Notes under the pieces: generated by a model
Databases searched by the model: none
What the model was told of the DNA's origin: nothing
Seen by the model: only the letters and a program-made list of their open reading frames with translations
Assembly: GCF_964204645.1 (NCBI RefSeq)
Contig: NC_134027.1
Coordinates: 9,518,485 to 9,582,484, forward strand
From: Tubulanus polymorphus
Lineage: Eukaryota > Animalia > Nemertea
Reading direction: 5' to 3'
DNA length: 64,000 bases
In this document: positions 1 to 18,486 of the stretch, piece by piece
How the letters are laid out: every line of letters begins with the position of its first letter
Numbering within the stretch: the first letter of the stretch is position 1
Position numbers and translations under genes: made by a program

Positions 1-284
1 TTCATTTCGGCGCCGGTGTAAAGTCCATCGTCGGCGCGTTTTAACCAATATAAACGTTTTATTGGCGGCGTCTTAGTCCGTTCGAAACACTCCCACTGCT
101 GGTTCAGAAAACTGAAACAGACCTTACACGACGGAATCAAGCCGCCGGGCCCCGGTTTTTGGCAGCCTTTCGGTGGATCATGGTGTTCGAGAAACGGAAA
201 ATACGAACCCTTTTCGCGAGGTTTTATATGCAGAGTCGAGGTAGCCCCTAAGCTACCGCAAACAAAACACACGACTCTACTCAT
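1..284 (-). CDS. First coding exon of a plexus / GSE1-like protein (partial, continues off the left edge)
   Basis: Open frame from ATG at 284 after acceptor tgcag: MSRVVCFVCGSLGATSTLHIKPREKGSYFPFLEHHDPPKGCQKPGPGGLIPSCKVCFSFLNQQWECFERTKTPPIKRLYWLKRADDG. The CxxC...FPFL..H.PP.G...C.VC..FL.QQW..FER......R.YWLKR pattern matches my recollection of the plexus/invertebrate GSE1-like N-terminal repeat. Not in the ORF track because there is no stop in the window. Confidence 0.75.
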   Translation of the reverse strand, partial: MSRVVCFVCGSLGATSTLHIKPREKGSYFPFLEHHDPPKGCQKPGPGGLIPSCKVCFSFLNQQWECFERTKTPPIKRLYWLKRADDGLYTGAEM

Positions 285-1810
285 ACTGCATAGCAAATAC
301 TGGCTTCAGCGCACGAGTAAGGCTGAATACTTGAAAGATTCGGTGGTCCCTTGTAGATATCATTTTGGTTTATCTGAAATACGTTAATAAAGTTGAATCA
401 ATCACGGCTTTTAATCCACTAATACGTGTATTAGACTGAAATCTACTTTAATGCAAAATGCAAATGATATATACTGATGAATGTATGATAAGGCTTAGCA
501 TCAGTGCTGTGGATCCCTAGCCTAAATATAATTAAAATCATAAAACATAGTCATAGGCAGTTTGCTGTAGGCCTAGGCCCTCTGTAATGTAGCCGTTTGT
601 ATATTTACAATTACGTAATCATCACAGGAACTTTAGCGATAATTTATTACAAACATCTGATCCAGGGATAACCCTAGTTTGGATAACAGCCAATGTTACC
701 ACTCTCGGCTACAATGGCTACATGGGCATAGGTAGTCCGGCATTGGGATGCCTAATTTAGGTTCATTCCACTACTGAATCAGTGACATCATAGGCCTAAT
801 CATAAAATACACGAATACTCAATTTCATAGATTAGAATTGCTTTTCCACCTTTGTAAAGATCACTCAGTGTGACCCTTTATATCGTATTACAGTTAGCTA
901 TCAGTTAATTAACCCCCACATTGTTACAATGTAATTAATAAGTGTTCCTTTTGCTATCAATCAGAGCCAAGTTTTTATCTTTTGTTTCTGACTGTTAACC
1001 AACACATAGCTGAGGCTATACCAGCTACTTAAGGGTCACACTAGAAACGTCGATCTACGAAAGAAATTGGGAAATATTCGGGCCGTTTTTCCATCGGTTC
1101 CAAAAAAGTTTTTTGACAGAAATTTTTAGAGGCAATTTAATTTAGGCCCGATATATGTGTCCTTTAAATTCAACATACCACATTGAATCGGTTCATTTTC
1201 ATCGTCAACATTACAGGGTTCATAACAACGCGTTTATATTAGCTGAGACCGGTTTTAACATGGTTTAAATCGTTGATTTGTCGTATTAGTCACATCAGAG
1301 GAAAACACAAAGGCTACTACAAATCAATTCAATCCAATCTTTATTTCAAATCGATCGATAATTCTAGAGTAGTCGTAAACATGCCGCGAGAGGCTCCGAA
1401 ATCTGAGTGGACTAAAACTAAAAATCGAGAGCGACATTAAAGAAATATTTTGGTATTTCTTATGTAATGAATGAGTTTTCGATCTTACGTAAGCACCACA
1501 ACGTTAGAACCCTACGGCCTAAGAAAAAAGAATTATATAGCCTGGTATCGCCCTGTGATCATGACTTGCATTTTTGGCACAAGAAAAAGCTTTGTTTTCC
1601 CCATCTAATAATAGACTAAAATGAATGAATAGTAACGTTAGAAATAGAAGCCACGACTCAATATCGAATTAAAACGTAACCTTTCGATTCAGTTCCTAAA
1701 TGGCCGAGACATAATATCGAAAATGCATTTGCACGTGACAAATGAATATTGACCAAAGTCCAAAGAATTATCAGGATTCGAACCTGCTTGATTCGCCAGT
1801 AACGACTACG

Positions 1811-1900
1811 ATTGGATGAGCACTATCCAATCACGCGTTGCGTATGCCGGCACGGTGCGTATAAAACTGAGTGGCTTGACTAACTCGTCCTCTGTTTCAG
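1811..1900 (+). promoter_or_regulatory. Putative AHCY core promoter
   Basis: ATTGG at 1811, CCAAT at 1828, TATAAAA at 1860-1866 and Inr-like TCAGT at ~1897, upstream of the ATG at 1949. Confidence 0.45.
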
Positions 1901-1948
1901 TAAAATCCTTTCGGTATCTGGATCTACGAGTTTGACAACTGCTGCAAT

Positions 1949-6293
<4,345 letters not shown>

Positions 6294-7640
6294 AAAGTTT
6301 TTCTGTCAACAGAAGCACCTAGTGGACGATCTATTAAAACTAATTCATTCGCAGTTGAAAGCGTTCGAACAATTACCAGACGCAGGTGCCAGAATCTTGG
6401 TTTTAGCGGCTTGTGATTACAAAAACCGAGCTAATAATTTAGATCGTACAAGGAAAAAATTTATCTAGTTCTTTACATCATGTTGTAAATGGCCATTGTT
6501 CGTTTTTTGCCTGTTACATCATTCCATATCGAGTTACATGTGACTATCGAATATATTTTTGGGTAAAAGAAGATTAATGTACACATAAATGTGCTGGTTT
6601 TTAACTGTTCAATAAATTTACTCAGAAATTTTCTCTAATGGTTTGCGTATTGCTTTGATGTTTTGCTGTTTGATATTTTGCGAGGAAATTATGGTGGTCT
6701 TTAGTGGAATGACCACCCTGGGACTGGTTTCCTGCCTTTGGTAGAAGCGAGTTGATACATGTGCGCGATCGAACCTCATTACAACAAACTACAGAATATA
6801 TTCAACCGATGGAATTATTAAAATTTTCCTATTTAGGAAAAAATCACTGGTTAGTAATAACCGGTAATATTTGTTGACTGGTCATGTTATAACGGTGTTC
6901 CACTGCAGTGCCGTTGTAGGCAGTACCATAGTGTAACTGAAAATTGAGGAATGGACCACAGAAGATAATTGATGAACGTTCTGTGAAACTAGACCTAAAT
7001 TGAAAAACCTGACTGATGTAGCCTAGACGCGGAGTGCAACTTCGTCATTACGACCTCGGATATAACGGTTATTGCAAACCTAGAATTTCAGTTATGACGA
7101 ACAAACGGCTATTATCTGGCCTGAAGTTCGTTATAATGAGATTTCACATGGATACGGCCAGGCCAGCTTCTCGACGTTTTCTTCTTTTATAAGTAAAAAT
7201 AGAATACAATCGGACGGGTATAAGACTCGTGTTATTAGTGTCGGGTATATTTTTACGATCGGTGCCGTGGTCAGAGCGCTCGTTGTGTAGTTCGGCAGAT
7301 GGGCTAGGACTACACACAAATCTTTTGGGTGGGTCATTAGTTTATGCGTATCTTGGTATTTATTTTTCAAATATCAAAAATCATTTTGATGGACTTCGTA
7401 GTCTTGAGAAGTATCTTTTTGAGCATGAATCCTGATAATTTCTGTTATCTCTTTTATTTTATGACACCGTTTTAATCCTGATTTGCACAATTTCAAAAAT
7501 GAAAAAAAATGTTATCATATAAACAAGAACAGCCAGATTTCCACAGCAGAAAATTTCCTAATCAATAATTTGAAATTCAATATGTCTAACAATGTTTTGT
7601 ATTACTGTAATCGGTGAGTTATTGATATACGTATTACGAG

Positions 7641-9379
7641 CTATAACTTAGCTTCCCTTTCGCTACGGATTGTCGAGAGGGGTTCTGATGCAGATGATTC
7701 GAAAATAATATTTTTCAGTCTTATTTCACATATCTTTTTCACCTCTTCAATACCCGTCAGTATTTCGGTAATTTTGTCATTTTTCACTCGGGCCTCTATA
7801 CCGCTTAAGATAGCATTCTTTTTATTCTGCTTGGCACAGATGACAAAAGGGAAACCAAACTTCTCTCTGTAACTACCATTATGGTTGATCAAGATGTGGC
7901 GTTCTTGTTCGGTTAGCGAGTGGAGACCGGCAGCATTTTGTTCATCAGTTGACTCCGAAGAAAGCAAGCCGGATTGCGCCACTTTCCCAGCCAAATCTGG
8001 ATGCAAGCGAAGCACACCCTCTTTACCTGGCAGAAATAAGAAAATTGGTAATGATCCTGTATTCAAACGGAATTCAGAACTATTCTTTTTAACATGGCAT
8101 TCAACCAGCATGCCTAGTTATGATGAATAGCAATACAAAAGAATCAATGACCTTTTCGTTAAATATCTTTAACATATAATGGCTGGTATCTCTAGGCAGA
8201 ACGTGATTGTACATTTAAAAAGGACGATAACATTAGAGAATATTGCTACTGATTCTTAAATTAGTTATAAATCGGTGGCTTTAATGTCACTCTATTATGG
8301 AATACCTCAAGGGCCATACGACTTACGAGTTACGTTTTACGACTTACGAGTTACGTTTTACGAGTTACGATTTACGTTTTACGAGTTACTTATACATTTC
8401 CTTGAATATTCGTTACGACTTCCGTTTTATGAGTAAGTTTTACGAATTACGAGTTACGATTTTTACGAGTTAAGTGTTGGAGTTTCGGTTCGCAAGAGTT
8501 CAAGGACAGTGGCCACGTGGTAGGTATTTCACTGTGTGGGTGGATGTAATTATTAGACGAATAACTGTAACGATGATGGATGGCTGTATGCAGCCCAGTG
8601 TTTTCAAAAAATAAATAAATTTTTTCTAAATTGATGAATCTTGTTCTAATTATCAAAATCATTTCCAGCTAAGATCTATTGAAATATCGTCTATTAAAAT
8701 CATCGTGCACGTAACGGGGCAGTCATCAGTCAGTGTGAAATGTATTGTCAGCATTTAATAGATTTTGAGAAGGTTCGCACAGCAGATGGCCAACACGCAG
8801 ATTTTCTGCCCTGTAATAGACCACTGCAGTCGAGATTGATTCACTATGTACAATAAATTACTCTTATTATGCTGTTTGAAATGACAATTCGACTTCATTT
8901 TGAAACCCGTTCTTTGAATAACGCGCTTCGGATATCCGAAGCCAATTAGTGAAAAACGTGTAATTCGTAAAACGTAAGTCGTAAAACGTAATTCGTAAGT
9001 CGTAACGTATTGTAGGAAATGTATTAGTAACTCGTAAAACGTAAATCGTAACTCGTAAAACGTAACACGTAAGTCGTATGGCCCTTGAGGTATTCCATAA
9101 AATTGCGAAAATTGATACGGTGTTTCTTGACATTCTCCGCGTAGTAGACGCTATAGTCTCGGAGACTAAATCGCTCATGTAGACGAGACTTGCGGACTTA
9201 CCCGATAGCGGTAGCTCGTCTATGAAGGCACATACGAGTTGATGTATGTGATCAACATTTCTGAAAGGTCTGTATGAATATATCGCTGCTGAGCATAGTT
9301 GACAAAATTCGACGATGTTTCCGAACACTTCTATAAAGCGATCGGCATCAAATCGATTCACCTCCTCGATCGAATACAT
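7641..9379 (-). CDS. URAD: OHCU decarboxylase (2-oxo-4-hydroxy-4-carboxy-5-ureidoimidazoline decarboxylase), 2 coding exons, ~187 aa
   Basis: Exons 9379-9202 and 8026-7641 (phase-1 GT-AG). Motifs FIEVFGNIVE, LRLHPDLAG, S..EQ..AGL, N..YREKFGFPFVICA, EEVKKIC..RL; C-terminal AKL (PTS1-type). Confidence 0.95.
8296..9099. mobile_element. Non-autonomous foldback-like DNA element with subterminal 7-mer arrays
   Basis: TATGGAATACCTCAAGGGCCATACGACTTACG at the left matches CGTAAGTCGTATGGCCCTTGAGGTATTCCATA at the right; arrays of TTACGAG/TTACGTT on the left mirrored by CGTAA-type units on the right; TA at both outer ends. Confidence 0.85.
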
Positions 9380-10208
9380 GCGTGCTACTTTTTCACTAAA
9401 TACCGACAGTGAGAAATAAACTGGTTTATACTACCGGTATATCGTGTACATAAATTACAATTAATCTCTAGTATACGAACATTCGTATCAAATAAGGTCA
9501 CCGGTGGTTTTCGACTTAATCAACCAGGCCTCACCGGTTCATTCTTGTTCGGGTTCTTGTTTGGCCGATGTTTCGAATGTGATGATCGTTTTTAAGCGAG
9601 CCGAGTAAAATCCTGATAAAATTAAACATGTAAAACATCGTTCTTGTTTTATCTGTACATCAACTTTAATTTCTACCTGAAGCGCATTATATACGTAGAT
9701 ATATATATAATTAAATAATATCCTATATAAATACATTTTTCTATTCATATATAATATGTGTATTAGGTTCATCTCGTTAATTTGCAGCGGAAGGAATTAA
9801 TGTTCTACGTAAGATAATCCAGCAAAAATTAACAGAAAAATAATATACTTTTTCTGGGTTCCTTATGAATTCTAACAATCATATTCGAACAATACACGTC
9901 AAATCTAGAGGTTTAGATTTTATATCATTTACTGTTTAGATTTACACATCCATAGTGAACGGATTAACTTTTCGATAAAACAGAGATATTCATATATAAT
10001 GCGTGTGATAAGGTTAAGACTATGACACGTGACCACGTATATATAGCTTATTGCTTTCTATTAAAATGGCACCTTATATGCGAGATGGGTTTCATTTTAA
10101 GATTTGTTATATGTACTCAAATATCCATATCGATTATGATATCCAGGACCCAGTTCCTGATGAGTCGTGAGTTGAAATTTGACGCAAAGTAAACTCATCG
10201 AAAATGTA

Positions 10209-10474
10209 CAGCGGCGGATCCAGGATTCCATGGAGGCGGGTGCACAAAAATTTTTTTCAATTAGATGCGCGGAGACGCGTTCTGGGCACGATCAGAGTAT
10301 GAAACGACATGAACGATGTAGGACTGCCGTAAAAAAAGCGCTGGTAATTGTAAACGAAGACATAAGCTTACGCATTTTCAGGTCGTTCTCATGAAAAGGT
10401 CAGTTCATAAAAAATTAGCGAGGACTTTAGGGGGGTACACGTGGCCCCTGTGCACCCCCCTGGATCCGCCGCTG
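10209..10474. mobile_element. MITE with CAGCGGCGGATCCAGG termini
   Basis: Perfect 16-bp TIR flanked by ATGTA direct repeat; related terminus CAGGGGCGGATCCAG at ~63488. Confidence 0.8.
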
Positions 10475-11835
10475 ATGTACTAATTTTAAATCTTACCGAA
10501 AATACATACCTCGTTATGTATTTTTCCTCTTACTCGCAAACTGTGGAACCGAATCCTGTCGATTTCATAAATATCGACGTTTTTTTGTAATCACAGCCCA
10601 CTCGTGTTATTATAGACATAACTATGTATACGGGAAATTCAAAGATATCACAATTTTATCACAATAACGTTTGATAAACGACTTAAAGATTATCAAGTTC
10701 ATCATCGGTGTCAAACCCCGTTTTTAGTCACCGATCATTTGACTATCGAATACGTAATGTTTTCTTCTAATGAATCGAACAAGATTCAGATATGCTCAAT
10801 AAAATGTATCAATTGGGGATTCTTCGAATAACAAGAGTGAAAACAAATCCCATGCACCTTAAAATATCTATATGTATCTGATTCAAAAATTTAATTGATG
10901 TTTATTACCGACAATGGATGGTGACTGCATGTTGGTCACAGCCGAAACAGTTTCCTCCAATTTCAACACGGGCGTCACCAGCGGGGGTCGGAGGTACCCC
11001 CTTTTTAGATCAAAGTTCTGCATTTTTTGGTTCCACCTTTTGTTTTCTTTTCATATTCCGGAAATTCAATAGATATATTTTGCTTTAAAAGCTCCAGAAA
11101 ACGCCCGTTTATAAGCTCCGAATTTCAAAAATTATTGGATTATTTACGAAAATTCAAGCAATTTCAAGGATTTGGAAATGCTCGTTTGCCTTCGGCGCTC
11201 GGCGGACGGTACAAAGCACATAGTTCCGATTGTATTAATTCTGACCCCCTTTAAAAATTCTAGTGAAGTTCGTGTTCAACTTTTGGAATGCATGTACACG
11301 TATAGGCCTAATTTCTGAAATCTTGGCGTGGTAGTTTTTCTTTTCACTATATTCTACATGAATTAGTCGTTTGTTCATCGATTGTGTCAAGTATATACCA
11401 CATAAATACATATTACAAATATTCATACATATCAAACTGCCGAGGGTAGCATAACACCAGTCGCATTATTAAACGATTATATGATACATAATTACTACTG
11501 GTTACGTTATCTATTTTAGAGTTATCGCTAATATCTATTACATAGCATCTCCGAGAATATATGGTTTATTGCGATTGTATATTTCGGGTTATAATTCTGA
11601 TCTGTTCAATCGGAAATTCCTTCAGAAACCCATCTCAAACTGTTAAGCCAACAGTACGAAGGTGTTTTGTTTAAATACATTTATGCTCAGGTTTTCTCAT
11701 GGATAACTAGAGGCTGTAAACGTTTATATCCAAGTGCTTTCCATGTTTCTTATGTAAGTCACTTTCTTGCTGACGTGTGTTCACCTTGGGGGGATCAGTT
11801 CGGCTGTAGTTATGTAGCTTTTCTAATTATGTATA

Positions 11836-14800
11836 CTAATGTTCCCGCCATCTTTCTACGTTTTCGCGAAGCATGCTAACCTGTTCTGTAATGGCAGAAT
11901 AAGAGTCGTTAAGGCGCTTTTGCACACGATGTCAATAATGCAATGAAAACTGACTGAAAATGAAAGCAAGAGCGTTGAAAACTGCTTTGAATGAATGAGC
12001 CCTAGACACAGAAATAGAGATCGAAAAAAGAAAAATCACGAGAAAGCATCCCCGATTACCGTCTTTCAAATTAGCGATTGTCGCCTGTTTTCGAAGAAAC
12101 TCGATGCACTGATCTTTACCAAGGCCGAATGCGCGCATGTTGCACGTAAAAGTTCTGAAAATAAAACGAACCGCAATTTTTATGACGGATGAGTTTAACA
12201 ATGATATAGAACACAAATTCGAGTCCAGAGACAATGCTGATGAGTATTTTCATTCCTGTATTATTGATACCCTAATTGTCCGAACGTAATGTTTTCTTGG
12301 AATTCCTTGTCCGTGTACCGTTCTTCACTACCGCCCGATCTACAATGCGATTTTAAGAAGTATGTATGTATATTCCATGTACGTACAAGCGTTTAAGGCC
12401 TAGTTTTTCTTATTACTCGGAGTACGGATTTTTTAAGAAAAGAGCGGGAGGGAAAAATGATAAAGATTTGAAAATTCAAAATGGAAGGGAACCGGGAAAA
12501 AATTGAAATAATCATTCTTTTATTACATGAGTTTTTCCACATAAAACCTCAGAAAGACTGCAGAAAAAATCATTGAGATGAATCTAATTCAAATGATAGG
12601 TGAAATGAAAAAACTAACTCGTTTTGCAAATCATGAGATTGAAAAGTAAGACGAACATAGAAAGAATATGTTTTATTGTAAAAACACGGTGGACTAAAAA
12701 ATTCTATTCTAATATGATGATGTTTGCAGAATTCTGGGAGGCGGATCCGTGCTCCAGGTAATCAAAATGGCCTAACGATGTAGCAAGGAAAGTTATGTAT
12801 GTTAGAATTTATGAATGTAAGATTCTATACCTGGTTATCAATGGTTTACGGCTTCGTTCGCTTTGAACGGCGTCAAAGAAAGCGGCGTTCCAGAATCGCA
12901 CCGACTGCCAAATCGGCTGATCCCGCAAATAACTGTACAGAAAATATTTCATTGGACGTCCGTTAGTCAACTTAGCTGAAAAAAGTACAATTGACTATAA
13001 AGACACTTACCGACCTCTAAGATGATGAAATGGATTGATTATAGGTTATGGATCGTTCAATGAGTACGTACGCAAAGAATACCCGATCCTCCCTCCCTTC
13101 CTCCCTCCCTTACACGCAACAGAATTTTTTAACCACCCCTACCCCTACCCCTCAGATAATGATTTTTGAGAACATACTTATTAATGGATAACAAACTCAT
13201 TAATGGTTATACTTACCGTTGTATCTATGAAGCCAAGTGAAATATGCAAGATATGAAATATGTAGGTGTCGAACTGCATCAGATCAGAATCCACACTGCA
13301 TTTTTCTAAATTCAGCCGATGCGGCCATCACGGTGATCGTTTATAGAATAACCGAACATTGAGTTATAGCACATTGTAAAACAATATCATTGTTATTCAA
13401 TGCTGTATAAAAAAGGCATCAACTTGTTCGTACGTAGTAGGCCTGTTTAGATCCCCTCCATTCCCCATACGCTCGCATTTTCACTAACCCCCTCACTCCA
13501 TATCGCGCGTACGTGCTTATTGAACGATCCCTTGTTAGAATTATCAGATATCGCTATATAGAATTTCCATTTAAACTCACTTTCGTAGTAAAATGTGAAA
13601 CACATGTTCATTAATGACTTGGCTGGCGAGAAATCTTCGGCGTCGTGACATTCAAACAGTACAACGGCGAAATATTGCACCAAACGATAGAATATTTGTT
13701 CGTCGACTTTCTTCTGGTTCACGCGCTACAAGGGGAGAGAAAACGGCCAGATCATCGCAAAAAGTGACCAATCGAAAATACGAAAACGATTAATCACATT
13801 TATACGAAGGCTTAAGATGGACTGCATATTAATTTTTACCACAACTTAAGAAAAGTTAAAGTCGGGTGGAATGTGGGTGTTTTTTTAATCATCTTTTTTT
13901 AGATCTTCAGAAACCTTTGGTATTGCGTCCAACGGGATTGGATATAAAATTGATGAATCTATACACATGTGTTAATATCATCATGCGAAATCCTTTTGAA
14001 GTTTGAGAGACGTAAGACTCTCCTCAGTCAATCTGATTAGTGGCAGCCTTTTACAGAATAGAACATTTAGCGTCGAAGCCAATATACGATCTAATTAGAC
14101 CGCCGACGAAGACTCTTATCATACCTACCTGGCTATTTACGCTCCTGGCAAACCATACCCGACCGGGTCCCTGTTGGGTAATCTCGCCGAATTTAGCTTT
14201 ATCCGTTTGGGGAATTTCGTTACTAAAAGTAATGAGGTTCATTATGGAAACAACATGGGCGAATTCAGACTATCCTCGAAATGAAAATCTATATTTCCCA
14301 AATGAATGATTGGTTATTCTTTAAATCCGTGGAAAAAGGTTTCATGTGACAATCATTCATTCTAATTCTCGATTCCCTGAAAAAACATATTTTCCCCCGA
14401 TCGAAGTCGGCGTCTGTGACGTTTGAAATCGATTTACTATATGTATGTGTGTTAACATATCTATATTCAGTAGCCTCCGCCCAAGTCGGATCCTATCAGC
14501 TCGGATATACGTATGGGATGTTTTTTTGAAACATTTTTTTCCTGACACTATATATGAAATACATAACAACCAACTCAGATATCACACAAGTCGGATACAT
14601 TTGTATGGTCCAAAACGATCCGACATAAGCGTATAGTCTACTCTACATATATACATCGGGATTCTGGAAGCAATCGTAAGTGTGATGCGAATGCGTTTTA
14701 GATCGATTTGAAATGTCGGACGTCAGTAATAATAACGACCACGAGCTATCAGGAAGTCATTTACTGAAGACGATGTCATCATTAGATCAGGGAGAGAGTG

Positions 14801-15864
14801 CGGCCGCGAATTATCAATTACACCGGCTATTATCACGATCAATAATTCAAACGGTGTCTGTTCTAATCTGCTTACCTCGTATCGAATATCTTGCCGACGA
14901 ACATCGTCATGAATTCCTTGCACGACTCGGAAAATTCGTCCATCATGCTTTCCGAACTGAAAACGGAATTCCACGACACGTCCGAACACTGGGATGGCGA
15001 TCGTTCATACACCGGGTTGCCGCCATATTCCGAATTCGAACTGATGCTTCCGCGTCGTTCGTCGAACGCTTCGTCGTCGAAGCTGATCAGATCGCCCATC
15101 GCGTGAATGATTTTCCGTAGTTCAGTTTTTCTCTGCGCAGTTTCGGGCAAGTCGGATATCTCCTCGACGCTCTCGGCCGCACACTCCGGCGACGAGTCCG
15201 GAGAAAGTTGCCGCTCGCAAACGCCACCGCTACCATTGCTCGAGCGTCGATTCGACGCCGCGTCTGCGTCGTCGAATCCGAAATCTTCGACGATGGATTC
15301 TCGACGGTAGGGTGGTTCGTTTTCGATATCTTCTACGATGGAATGTCTACGGATTCGGAACGGTGGGTCACGCGGATCGCGTTCATCGCACGTCGACATT
15401 CGCCCGGCGGAATCGTTACTAATTTGATTACCGGCCGTTTTTTCCATCGGATCTTTTTTTTCGGCGATGCTTTCCTTTGAACCCTGTCTCTGGTACAACG
15501 GTTCATCAAAGCTCATGTTGGCAGCAGAAGGTCGGTTGAAATCACCGTCGTTGTTGTAATGTTTCACGGTACCGTTTTTGACATTATTAGCGTGAGATTC
15601 TCGCATGAGTTGCCGCCTTTCCCTGGCTATTTGCTGTGCCGGCACCAGAGGGTTCTCTGCTCGGGTACTGATAGCCGAATCGAGCTTCGACGAAATATCG
15701 CTAAACAGTCCATTTTTCTTTGCGACGACCGAATCGAATATTTTCGACGTCCCTTCGGATATACTCGATCTGAGAGATCGCGATGTTCGATATTCCCCGA
15801 CAGCCGGTATAGGGCCGTCCTCTGTACCGGCGTCTTTTGAGTTACGCCGAAATATGAAATCCAT
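11836..15864 (-). CDS. KIAA0513: KIAA0513-like protein (SBF2-domain family), 7 coding exons
   Basis: Exons 15864-14876, 14222-14129, 13725-13581, 12975-12831, 12339-12271, 12154-12060, 11885-11836. Motifs [72 protein letters not shown]....C.EFLRKQA.I.NL; long Ser/acidic low-complexity N-terminus. Confidence 0.9.
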
Positions 15865-16831
15865 CGTCGATTGATTTTACTAATCACCTGAAACAGGAAC
15901 AACAGACGAATTCCCAAAATGACCGAAATTAATTTGGAATTGGTTCGTAGCTCCAAATCATATATATGTATAGATTATATACCTGAAACATCTATCAAAT
16001 GGAAAGCAAGATTGATATTTACGGAGATGACACGACTATGCTACTATATTATCATTAGGCTAATAAAATATTGATCACATGATCTATAAATGACGCTCTC
16101 GCGCGTCACATTGATTATGATCAATTATCTTTTATATCCATATATAACATAATACGAAATTTATAGCTGAAAGCTCGGTGAATGGTGAAAAAGGATTATA
16201 TCATGGCGAGTGAAATGTCAAAGATGGACGACGAAACAGTCTATATACCGGTATAGAATTAATGGAAATGAATTCTAAATGAAAGCGTCCTAATCCCTGG
16301 ACCCGGTTCCAGCGCTGTGGATTTTATTTCAAATTAATTGGCGCATTTACACAATAATTATTATCACGAGATACCCATACTTTGCCGAAATACATTACAA
16401 GTGAAGGTTTGGAGTCGGTCGAGTTCAACGCATGCCCGGTTAAGTAACTGATCACCATTGTTATCATTTCATTACCTGACTTTCTGTTTGCGAGTCGAGA
16501 TATCTTGTAGGCACATTTTCTACAGCATTTTCTTCAATGTTGATGATAATTACAAGCCCTGGTCCAAAGATTTCGCCAAGAATGGCGGTAAAAATCTGGT
16601 TTGCGACATTCACATAGAAAATTCCAATAGGCTACAGTGTACTGGTGGTCGTATTCCTCAAGCGCTGCAAATCAATAGCCTGTTATTTATGAGAGCGTGG
16701 GAGATCAATACAGAACCGTGTATGGGAGAAGCAAGATAATTCAGCATCACAGATGACGTCGACCAGTAATCAGTGTGGGTTCGTACCACTCGCGTCGTTG
16801 GCGAAGGGATGACAGCTATTTTGTCACTGTT

Positions 16832-16931
16832 ACTGCTGCTGCAGTTGCTGCTGCTGCTACTGCTATACTTGTTGCCGTTGAAACTGCAATTTCTATCAGT
16901 TCGAGATCGCAATTTCTATCAGTTTGAGATG
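16832..16931. repeat. Imperfect (CTG)n tract followed by a 23-bp tandem duplication
   Basis: ctgctgctgcagttgctgctgctgctactgc, then gcaatttctatcagtt(c/t)gagat twice. Confidence 0.7.
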
Positions 16932-18486
16932 GAGCCATCATATCACTCATGAGTGGTACTTTCTAACTAACATCGTGACGCGATGGGCGAAATGAATTGT
17001 ATGGTTGCATTTTGAAGAGTACTGATATAGAACAAGTCATTCTCCATTTATGTGGCAAAGGCTGCTTTGTGGCAAATTGTCGTGGCCAGTAAAGACTAAC
17101 GAGCCTCTTCCAAAATTGCATATGTTATATATGTCTCATGAAGCAGTTGTCAGGGTAAACTTCATTTTTCATCGATTAAAAATACTTTATAAAACACATT
17201 CATAAAACTATATAGTCAGGCGAAACCTTTTAATTCCGACCTGGAACGTCGTATCGGATTACGGCGTTCAATCTTTTAGAAACTACTCTTTCCAAACCCG
17301 GCCAGCCGCACTCGAGAACATACAACGATACAGGAGGTGCCAACACCACTTCGCACAAGTCATGTTAATTTTGAATGGTATTTTGGAGAGTCGATGGGGT
17401 TCGCTACACGACGCCGGCGCCCCTTGTCAATCGCGCCCGGGGGCCGGGGCTCATTACCCGCGATTGACAAATCGCCGTCGTGTAGCTGCGTCCTCATTCA
17501 AAGGGTGGTAGCCGCGTTCAATCATGTTTCCCAAATAAAACCAAAATAGTGGTACGTGCTGATCAGTCACAGCATAGAAGTGTGACGAATTTACTATGGT
17601 CACAGAGCTCCGCAACCGTTGACTGTCGCCATTTGGGTACCCTGATTGGGATACTCTCGGAGCTACCCCTAATCGCAAATTCAGTTGGTGGCGCCACATT
17701 ACGACGTTCGTTCAATTCAATATAATTCAATTCAATACTTTATTACAACTTAAAAGTTTTGGGATACTATATATGCAACAAACAAACATTAACAAGCGTA
17801 AACCATCGTACTGATAAATAAAAGTAAACAAATACGCATCTGAAAGTCGAAAGACAGCATTTCTGGCTGTGCTACCGTGAAAGTATTAGAAGTGACGGAG
17901 TGGCAGACTCTGTGGTACTGGTGGTCAGTAGTCAGTAACTTGTCAATGACAATGTCAGGACAGTAGTGTATAGTCAGTATCTCGACTCTATCACTCGTCG
18001 ATCTGATCTGTCTGATATGACAATCAATTCAATCAACTGAACTGTCAGTACCTACTAGTGAGTGTCAGTCAGTGTGTCTGTGCAGTAGCCTACCGCTGTC
18101 TCTGCCTGAAGTAGATTCACGATCAGATTTTTTCACTATATTGATAGACATTTGGTAAGGCAGATTACCACTGATAGTTACTGATACTGACATACTGGAG
18201 ACGAGCAAGTCTATTTGTTTTTCTTATTCGGATTATAGCGCCTATAGTAATTGGTTACTGCATGATAACGTCCTCGCGGAGGGAAGCTTCGTGTGTGGCA
18301 CATACTACATAGGATAGGCCTCAAGACTACAGGCTTGGATCTGGTTGATTTCGACGTGCGTACAACTGTTCAAATTATACGAGTGACTGTTCTGATGTGC
18401 TTCGTCTTCTTCTTCGATAATTTCCGGTAGCCTACTTTTGAATTCATATTTTCTTATTTCGGCAGTCAGTGAGACCTGATGATATC

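Noticed and set aside
8317-8470. Short repeat array as a CRISPR-like or telomeric repeat
   Set aside because: No spacers, eukaryotic context, and mirrored inside TIRs, so these are transposon subterminal repeats.
10156-10182. CTGATGAGTCGTGAGTTGAAA hammerhead-like string
   Set aside because: Stem II does not pair properly, and the string lies in the GGACCCAGTTCC MITE terminus also seen at ~23621.
14713-15956. Multiple overlapping ORFs on both strands
   Set aside because: Alternative-frame and antisense shadows of the GC-rich large KIAA0513 exon.
16658-16912. Ser-rich minus-strand ORF upstream of KIAA0513
   Set aside because: TTG start, explained by the CTG repeat, no recognisable homology; at most UTR sequence.
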